DNA of 32,000 nt from assembly GCF_018336915.1 (NCBI RefSeq), contig NZ_CP064923.1, positions 270,001 through 302,000 of the forward strand, read 5' to 3'. Positions 17,819 to 24,720 of this stretch are shown here, one piece after another. Each line of letters opens with the position of its first letter. The stretch's first letter is position 1. Under the pieces are notes generated by a model that saw only the letters and a program-made list of their open reading frames with translations, was not told the DNA's origin and searched no databases. The stretch comes from Acaryochloris marina S15 (GTDB lineage Bacteria; Cyanobacteriota; Cyanobacteriia; Thermosynechococcales; Thermosynechococcaceae). A program made the position numbers and the translations under genes.

Positions 17819-18643
17819 ATGACCTCTCCCAGCACGCTAAACTTTCAACATATTTGCCGCCATTGGCGTAAGTTCAGAAAGCTATCGCAACTGGATTTAG
17901 CTTTGGCGGCTAATGTGTCGCAGCGCCATGTCAGTTGGCTAGAGACTGGGCGTAGTCATCCTAGCCGAGAAATGATTGGGCGTCTCTCTGATGCCATGAA
18001 TATTCCCTTACGGGAAAGGAATATCTTGTTACAAGCTGCTGGCTATGCCGCAGACTATCGTGAAACGCAATTGGATGCGCCCATAATGGCCCCAGTGCTT
18101 GATGCGCTGAATCATATATTGCAACACCATGCCCCGTTGCCTGCCTTCATTGTGGATCGCTACTGGAATGTGAAAAAGGCCAATCAGGCAGCAGAACTAT
18201 TGCTCAATATAGGGGGAAACCCCCAAGCGCTTCAGGAAACAATGGGGACGGATGGGGGACTTAATTTAGCCTTGCTGACCGTTCATCCCGAGGGGCTCAG
18301 GCAATATATTACCAATTGGGCGCAGATCTTACCGTCTATCATCCGTCGTCTTAGGAGTGAATCTCTGGCATCGGGCAATCGAGCCATTCAGGATCAATTC
18401 GCCCAATATATCGAATTAGCTGCCCCAGAAGGTTATAGCGAGCCAGATAGTGACAGTTTGCTGCCTGTTTTGCCCTTAGAACTGAATATTAAGGGTTTAG
18501 AACTGAGTCTATTCTCAATTATTGCCACCTTTGGTACGCCCCAGGACATCACGACGGATGAACTCCGGATTGAAACCTTCTATCCCACTGACACTAAAAC
18601 CGAACAATTCTTTCGGAACTATAATTTTGAGAATTCCGTTTAA
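17819..18643 (+). CDS. XRE-family HTH transcriptional regulator with MmyB-like ligand-binding domain
   Basis: 'WRKFRKLSQLDLALAANVSQRHVSWLETGRSHPSREMIGRLSDAMNIPLRERNILLQAAGYA' matches the conserved N-terminus of MmyB-like regulators. 'PAFIVDRYWNVKKANQAA' and 'FGTPQDITTDELRIETFYPTD' match their PAS-like C-terminal domain. The gene is divergent from the small membrane protein gene. Confidence 0.8.
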   Translation: MTSPSTLNFQHICRHWRKFRKLSQLDLALAANVSQRHVSWLETGRSHPSREMIGRLSDAMNIPLRERNILLQAAGYAADYRETQLDAPIMAPVLDALNHILQHHAPLPAFIVDRYWNVKKANQAAELLLNIGGNPQALQETMGTDGGLNLALLTVHPEGLRQYITNWAQILPSIIRRLRSESLASGNRAIQDQFAQYIELAAPEGYSEPDSDSLLPVLPLELNIKGLELSLFSIIATFGTPQDITTDELRIETFYPTDTKTEQFFRNYNFENSV

Positions 18644-18792
18644 GATAAAATGCCCTACTCCTAGCCCCAAAACGCATTGCCCAATGCTCAGCCAAGTGTT
18701 TAATGCAACTATCGAGTCTAGATGAGTTCCCTCAGCAGGGCTATCATTGCACTCCCTGCGATGTGAGTGCCGACCTTAACATTGCAGCGTTT

Positions 18793-19149
18793 CTATTCCC
18801 CAACGATAGTGAGCTTTGCCCACTGTTGATGATCATTGTTTGTAAATAGCTGTAGAGCATCCCCAGCAAAATCTGGATGGGGGGTGCCCAGTTCGTAGAT
18901 GGAATTTTTGGTGGTTACATACACCCGTCCTGCTTTAGTTAGACACCCCTTAATGGGCGAAGATTTCAGCTTTTTTCCAGCAGGATACTTGGAATGGTTA
19001 AATATTTGCCCCTGAATAACCACTTGATCGCCGATGTTAACGCAAAGCCAAGATTCGATAATTGGTAAGCTGAGAGTTGCGGTATTGGATGTAGTTAAAG
19101 TGGGCTGAGAATTCTCTAAATAATAGTCTGTGATGTCATCAGCAATCAT
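18793..19149 (-). CDS. hypothetical protein
   Basis: This ORF has the same orientation as the sulfotransferase/P450/LOX genes and lies downstream of them. I prefer the internal ATG at 19149 (MIADDITDYYL...) over the track start at 19206. I recognise no motif. Confidence 0.4.
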   Translation of the reverse strand: MIADDITDYYLENSQPTLTTSNTATLSLPIIESWLCVNIGDQVVIQGQIFNHSKYPAGKKLKSSPIKGCLTKAGRVYVTTKNSIYELGTPHPDFAGDALQLFTNNDHQQWAKLTIVGE

Positions 19150-19422
19150 GATCAAGCTCGGTAGGAGTGATGCTCGGGGATGAGTGTTGTGATTAAACGA
19201 CAACACAACATTTATGGGGCTAGCTATATCTAGTCTAAGCAGAATGTCTCTCAGAAAGTACAGTAAGAATGCGGAAATCTACGCTAGCTAATATGTTTTG
19301 TTGGAGTAAACTGGCTCGTTAAATATTCGGATCTTTTGCAACAGCCTTGTGGTCAATTTTCTGCCGCTAGAGGTGTTGCTTAACTTGAGCTAGCTATGTT
19401 TGCCTGGATGAGTGCTTTGATA

Positions 19423-20316
19423 TCAATTTTTTGTATCGTACAGGGTCTTCCATTCTGGAAAGGTCATGCCCAGTAAATTGCTAAGCTCTTCAGTTTGCTT
19501 GAGTAGGATGGGCCGGAGGAATTGAGTTGCTTCCTGTAGGTCTTCGGCATCCTTATCTCGATCCACTTCTCGAATCGCTAATTTGAGTCCAGAAGAGCGA
19601 ATCTTTTTTGGGAGTAAAGAGGCTAGCTGGTTAAAAGGCCAGGTATATCTCAAGCGAAATAACGCGCTCTTTTGGTAGAACTGCTTTGGGGTTGCATGAA
19701 ATTTTTCCGTAAGATTAGCAGGGGCAAAAGATGCATCGACACCCAGCCAGTCAAACGTTTTGGTCATACACGCTTCAGCATCATTACAGAGTTGTTCAAA
19801 GGTTAAAAATAAAAATTGATCGGGCGAAAAATACTGGAAGTAATGTTTGAGCTGTTGGGGATAATTACTAACATCTTGATAAAGAGGATTTTTCTGCACT
19901 GCTGTTAGCAAACTTTGATTTTCGTTCCCTTGACGAGTCTCATGCCAATAGTGACTCACCGTGCGTTCAATGGGGTCCCTCATAATATAAATGAAACGGG
20001 CTTCAGGGTTGAACTGGGCTAGTCGTTCAGCAACATCCGTAACATGGGGGTCTTTGGCATAAAGCGTACTGGATTCACCCAAAATGGTTGCATCACCGGC
20101 ATCCTGAAAGAGGCTGAGATATTTCTCTTCATTTTCCCAAAGGCCGAGCTTTTTGATATTGGGCCAGTTCAACTGTTGGGGATGCACAAAGTAGCAAGGC
20201 TCTTTGGGCTCACACATGAAGATAGACGGGTGATTATTGAGATATTGGTGCAAGGATGAGGTGCCAGATTTCATCGCCCCAATAATAAATAGATTCGGTT
20301 TTCTTAAATTGCTCAT
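19423..20316 (-). CDS. PAPS-dependent sulfotransferase
   Basis: 'NLFIIGAMKSGTSSLHQYL' is the 5'-phosphosulfate-binding loop (PKxGTT-like). 'FIYIMRDPIERTVSHYWH' is the 3'-phosphate-binding motif (RxPxxRxxS). At 297 aa the size is typical of a soluble sulfotransferase. Confidence 0.85.
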   Translation of the reverse strand: MSNLRKPNLFIIGAMKSGTSSLHQYLNNHPSIFMCEPKEPCYFVHPQQLNWPNIKKLGLWENEEKYLSLFQDAGDATILGESSTLYAKDPHVTDVAERLAQFNPEARFIYIMRDPIERTVSHYWHETRQGNENQSLLTAVQKNPLYQDVSNYPQQLKHYFQYFSPDQFLFLTFEQLCNDAEACMTKTFDWLGVDASFAPANLTEKFHATPKQFYQKSALFRLRYTWPFNQLASLLPKKIRSSGLKLAIREVDRDKDAEDLQEATQFLRPILLKQTEELSNLLGMTFPEWKTLYDTKN

Positions 20317-20403
20317 AGTATTAATGTGGAGGCCGTCTCAGCTTCACTTCTTTCTAGCGTAGCAGTGGGCTCTAGTCAATCTGCACTGTGAGCAATAGGG
20401 GGT

Positions 20404-21948
20404 TTATGCTCGCAAGACAAATCGCGCTTTTAACTGTCTGGGTACAGAGACCCCAAAGTAAAATTCTTGATCATGGGGCTGATCGCCAAATTGGATCTCT
20501 ACTTTTGCCAGCAGGATGGCTATCGTTAAGCGCATAAAGAACTTGGCAAAATCTTGACCGATGCAAGCCCGATCGCCTCGACCAAATGGAAAAAAGTAAT
20601 CGCTGCCATAGTCATTTTCTGCCAAAGTTTTTGCATCCCAGCGTTCTGGCTTAAAAGATTCTGAATCTTGCCAATGGGGAGAGAGACGCTGAAGAAACCA
20701 GTTGTTGATAAAGATTTGGGTATTGGCGGGGATGTCGTGGCCCGCAAGATGGATGGTGCGAACCGTATTGCGCGTAAAAAAGGGCACGGGGGGCCATAAC
20801 CGTAGAGACTCTCGCAATACTTGCTCCACTGGGACACAGTTTTCCAGTCGTTCCAAGGTGAGGGGTTCACGGAATAACCCTGCCAGATCTTGGTGAAGAG
20901 CAGATAAGGCTTGAGGATGCTGAAACAGCAAATGAAGCGTAGACGTAATACCACTGGGAGCCGACACCGCTCCGCCTGGGTAGACTCCAGCACAGAAGTT
21001 CCGCATTTGTTCAGGGGTAAAGGCAGACCCCCCTCGTTGCAGAACCCAGTCCAGTAGCGATCCACCGGCAGGATTAGCTTGAGTGGTTTCCATCACTTCG
21101 CCAAAGCGTTGAAACCATTGGCGACTCGCTTCTTTGTAATGTTTACCTTTGGGTTCTTCCGGAATCATCCAGCTGGCGATGGACGATCGGTTCATGCGAT
21201 CGGTCCCCGTTGCACAGAGGGTATTGAACTGTTCGAACACCTGATCGGGGAACACTTGGCCGACTGTAGCCAGGGAAAAACCATCGAAGACTAGCTTTTG
21301 AATGGCATCATAAGCCGGGAGCATGTCGGTCTCTGACTGCTGGACCAGTTCCTCCGCCCGACCTTCGATAAAGGCTTGCAAGGGCTGGACTTGAGTCTCC
21401 ATCCACTCGTGGAAGTAAGTCATATTGAAGGGATTATTTTGAACCAGGTGCTGCCATTTCGGTCCAGCATTTTTGGCAACAAAAGGATGACTCTCTGTCA
21501 GAATCGGGCGGAGGGCTTTGCGGGGGATATCTTTATAAAAATCAGCTTGGGTGGCCCGATGTCCATGGGAAGGGTGGCCGGTTTGCTGCTGGGCGGTGAG
21601 CAAGACTTGCTGGATTAAATCAGGGTCGTTGAGAACCAAGGATGGCCGAGCCAAAATCCAGAATAAGGATAAGCCACCATAGTGCTGTCCCTGTTCTCCG
21701 AGCACCTGCCAAATGGGTTTCCCTTGCTGCAGGGCCGAGATATTACCGATGGGAAAAAGCGGTTGAGGACCTGGAATTCTGCCGAACGCTTGGGTTTGTT
21801 TGCGAAAGATCAGCTGAAAAAGCATCTGAAAAAGCATCTGTGAAGAGGACTGTACTTTTGACTCCACCCACTGTCGTGGTTTGGCCTCCATCTGTTTGAG
21901 GGTATTGTGTAGTCCTGTGGTGAGTGATCCGGCTGATCGTCCTGTCAT
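20404..21948 (-). CDS. cytochrome P450 (atypical I-helix)
   Basis: It has the heme-thiolate loop 'FFPFGRGDRACIGQDF' (Cys codon at 20563-20565), ExxR in 'VLRESLRLWPP', 'FKPERW', and an N-terminal 'IPGPQPLFPIGN' proline hinge. The start is uncertain. The track uses a TTG at 21996. The first ATG is at 21948, with GAGGA about 11 nt upstream. Later ATGs at 21891 and 21837 are also possible. Confidence 0.85.
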   Translation of the reverse strand: MTGRSAGSLTTGLHNTLKQMEAKPRQWVESKVQSSSQMLFQMLFQLIFRKQTQAFGRIPGPQPLFPIGNISALQQGKPIWQVLGEQGQHYGGLSLFWILARPSLVLNDPDLIQQVLLTAQQQTGHPSHGHRATQADFYKDIPRKALRPILTESHPFVAKNAGPKWQHLVQNNPFNMTYFHEWMETQVQPLQAFIEGRAEELVQQSETDMLPAYDAIQKLVFDGFSLATVGQVFPDQVFEQFNTLCATGTDRMNRSSIASWMIPEEPKGKHYKEASRQWFQRFGEVMETTQANPAGGSLLDWVLQRGGSAFTPEQMRNFCAGVYPGGAVSAPSGITSTLHLLFQHPQALSALHQDLAGLFREPLTLERLENCVPVEQVLRESLRLWPPVPFFTRNTVRTIHLAGHDIPANTQIFINNWFLQRLSPHWQDSESFKPERWDAKTLAENDYGSDYFFPFGRGDRACIGQDFAKFFMRLTIAILLAKVEIQFGDQPHDQEFYFGVSVPRQLKARFVLRA

Positions 21949-22031
21949 AGCTGTATGTCCTCTGATGCTGAAGTGTGGTGAGTGATACCCTGCCAAGATT
22001 CATGGCATTGGCAAATGAGTTCTAATAAACG

Positions 22032-24038
22032 TTAGATATTGATGCTCTGGGGAATGTTAGAGGGCTGTAGGTAGCGGTAGGGGTAGGGACGATGACGGTT
22101 TCGTTCTGCGATCGCATCTTCGATATCCAATAAGTTGGCTTGAAAACGATGCAGAGGGGCTTGCACCCGCTCATCAGAAAACCAGGATTTTTCGTACTGG
22201 CCGAGTTGTGTATGGTAAATCTGCCCCAGCAAATACGTTAACTCCATCTGATTCAAGGCTTGATGTAAGGGGGGCAGCTGGTCTAGCCGATCCTGGGAAG
22301 ATAGGGCTGTAGCAGTGGGAGCTGGCCGATAGCCTGCTAACGGCATCCCTGGGGTATAGACCATGATGTCGCCCTGGGGAAAATTCACGGCGGCATGTTG
22401 AGCACTGGCCGTAAAAATGATGAGCGTGATGGCTTGAATCAAATAGGCCTGGGTCCGCAATTGTCCCTCCTCGCCAAAGTCTGGAACTCGACCGCCATCT
22501 TCAGCCTGTAGCTCCTTTGCCCAAGCCTGGAGGGCCGCATCCTTTTGTACTGAGTCATCGGTGGGGTAGTACAAGCTCACATAATCAGTGACCCAAGTTT
22601 CGATCGCCTGCCAAATCAGTAATGCATCGTCCCGATAGGGATTAATAGGTAACGCCTCAGCATTATCCAGACCCTGTTGCTGCAATTGTTGGGGCAGCAT
22701 GGCCTGATTAAAGGAATAGCTTTGTAATCCCGTTACCGCTAAGACCCTGGCACAGTCAATGGTGGCGGCTAAGACCGTATCCACCCCGCCTTCTGGGGCC
22801 ATCAACATACTTTGAGCCCCGTTGTTGATACTTAAGGTGCCTTCAAAGTGAGGCCGCAAGAGAATACTCACGGGATGAGTCGGGAGTAGCTGGCGATGGG
22901 TGGCAATCACAAACGGGCTAATAAACAGATGGGTTCGACCCAAATGGGTTACAGCCTCGTGGTAGTTGCTATCTGCAATTTGCACGCAGGTCTTTGCCAT
23001 TTCCCAGGCATGTTGTTGTTTGGTAGCCTCACCCGTGGGTGGCGTCAGAATCGGTGTTTCAGGCCCCGGAGATTGACGGCATTGAATGGCAACGGGCTGG
23101 AGATTGCGGGAGGGCGCATCATCAGGAGGGACTGCAAACAGAGCGATGGGGGCTGAGATATATTTTTGCTGGTCTGGGTAGTTACCATTAATCGCCCCGG
23201 CCAAGATAGCGTAATCGGCGATGTATAAACGCCCTTCGGTAACGGCAGTTTGGAGGGAATCGTCCTCTCCCATCACTGCCTGATAGTGCCCATTCGTGAC
23301 GGGGAAATTAGAGCGAACAGTGTCTCTAGACAAATGGCGCACTTGTTGTAGCAAAACAGGATTAGGACCTGCTACTCGCAGATAAGCAAAGAACTCATCT
23401 TCCTGAAAGTATTGGGCACATTCCGGCAAAGGGATAGTTACAAATTGCTGATTAAAGTCTTCTATAGAGGTGGGGCGATCTTGAGCGCATTCATGGGCAA
23501 GATGTTCTTTTAAGTTCAAGTGCAGAATCCGTAATAGATCATGCTCTAAATTGGAGGCAAGGCTGTGCAGAAAGCTTTCTGAATCAGCAAAAGATAACCG
23601 TAGGCCGTTCAAAAAAGTGGTTGGCACCGTTGTCAGCAGATGCCAGATTAGACGCCACCGCACCTCTGGCCGTTGAGTCAAGATATCCACCAAGGTTTTT
23701 CGAATCAGGCGTGAAGCATGTTGCTCCGCTTCATGCTCATGGTGATGATTGTGGGCTCCCACAATTGCATTAGTAAGGATCTTGAACATGGTGCGGATCA
23801 ACTTTGACCACCAATCTCCGGATGGGAGCTCTTCTTTGGGTAAGCGATCCACCATTGCCACGGGTGCAAGGTGACTGTAGTTGTATTGATATTTTCGCCG
23901 AGCTGCTTTTAGCGCGGTAGGGATAGGCTCAGGCTGTATCGGACGAGCTAGAGCTAAACTTTGTGGATGTTCTTCTTGTTGAATTTCAACAGGTGCGAGT
24001 TGGGTAGGCAGGCCAGTGAGAGAGTACTGATGCGTCAT
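22032..24038 (-). CDS. lipoxygenase (bacterial type, no PLAT domain)
   Basis: 668 aa. 'AWEMAKTCVQIADSNYHEAVTHLGRTHLF' matches the LOX W-x2-AK...H-x4-H-x4-H iron-ligand helix. 'SAQHAAVNFPQ' supplies the H-x3-N ligands. The C-terminus '...NIPQSINI' ends in Ile, the carboxylate iron ligand. The N-terminal 'RRKYQYNYSHLAPVAMVDRLPKEE' is typical of bacterial LOX helical extensions. By hand alignment, 'SINNGAQ' against soybean 'NINALAR' puts Ala at the Coffa-Brash position, which would predict S-stereochemistry. This last point is tentative. Confidence 0.9.
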   Translation of the reverse strand: MTHQYSLTGLPTQLAPVEIQQEEHPQSLALARPIQPEPIPTALKAARRKYQYNYSHLAPVAMVDRLPKEELPSGDWWSKLIRTMFKILTNAIVGAHNHHHEHEAEQHASRLIRKTLVDILTQRPEVRWRLIWHLLTTVPTTFLNGLRLSFADSESFLHSLASNLEHDLLRILHLNLKEHLAHECAQDRPTSIEDFNQQFVTIPLPECAQYFQEDEFFAYLRVAGPNPVLLQQVRHLSRDTVRSNFPVTNGHYQAVMGEDDSLQTAVTEGRLYIADYAILAGAINGNYPDQQKYISAPIALFAVPPDDAPSRNLQPVAIQCRQSPGPETPILTPPTGEATKQQHAWEMAKTCVQIADSNYHEAVTHLGRTHLFISPFVIATHRQLLPTHPVSILLRPHFEGTLSINNGAQSMLMAPEGGVDTVLAATIDCARVLAVTGLQSYSFNQAMLPQQLQQQGLDNAEALPINPYRDDALLIWQAIETWVTDYVSLYYPTDDSVQKDAALQAWAKELQAEDGGRVPDFGEEGQLRTQAYLIQAITLIIFTASAQHAAVNFPQGDIMVYTPGMPLAGYRPAPTATALSSQDRLDQLPPLHQALNQMELTYLLGQIYHTQLGQYEKSWFSDERVQAPLHRFQANLLDIEDAIAERNRHRPYPYRYLQPSNIPQSINI

Positions 24039-24720
24039 TGTTGATCCGGTTTATGGGTGTTCTGACGTAAATGGCAACTGCCTGTGATCAAGGGTGTAGA
24101 GAGAGTTCGTAGCAGCTACCGATTCAGTCCTAGTGTTCCCAAGACGGATTTGGACTTTACTTTTTAAATAGCCTTGAGTTTGGGTAAGCTGGTACTATCT
24201 GGATTGAAAACTATTGAGTATGTAAATGAAAGATTCTGTAGTTAAAACTAGCGTTGATTTAAGTACGGTAAATCGAGGTAGATAATCATTAAGACTGATT
24301 AGCTGAAGGTGAGGCTAATCAGAGCTTCTGACATGTTGTTAACCTTGGTGTTAGGACGTTTTTATTGTTTAATGCTGATATTGATTCGTCAACCTAGAGG
24401 GATGCAAATGAGTAAGCAATAAAAAGCAAAATATCTAGTTTATGGGTATTTATAAGGTTTTTCAGGGTTATGTCGAATCTATTTAAAATAATTCTTGGGC
24501 AGGCTCATACGAATATTGCAGTCACAATTATGCCCAATTGATTTGGAATAAATTAGGAGTAATCCTTGTTTGAGTAATAGTCTTGAGACCATAACAAATA
24601 AATTACTTAGATCTTGCAAGTTTTATGTAAGTTTGGGGAACATCTAGATTGAGGTAATTGCTAGTATTTTTCTTTTTGGAAAAGTTAGTGCTCCTGTTTT
24701 CTGGCTTGGAGAAATAATTG
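24039..24720. promoter_or_regulatory. long AT-rich divergent intergenic region (promoters for the LOX operon and the HstK-type operon)
   Basis: About 680 bp without an ORF of 60 aa or more, and visibly AT-rich. It lies between the minus-strand LOX start (24038) and the plus-strand kinase start (24721; GGAGA about 9 nt upstream). I could not assign -10/-35 elements confidently. Confidence 0.35.

Noticed and set aside
20526-21065. 179-aa ORF on the same strand as the P450 but in another frame, plus small plus-strand ORFs at 20702-21899
   Set aside because: They lie completely within the P450 coding region. The P450 frame carries all the signature motifs and the alternatives carry none.
21743-22003. 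86-aa minus-strand ORF with an ATG at 22003 in the LOX-P450 junction
   Set aside because: It overlaps the P450 N-terminal region out of frame. Its composition is Thr/Ser/Arg-rich and uninformative. It matters only because it shows that the P450 start is uncertain.
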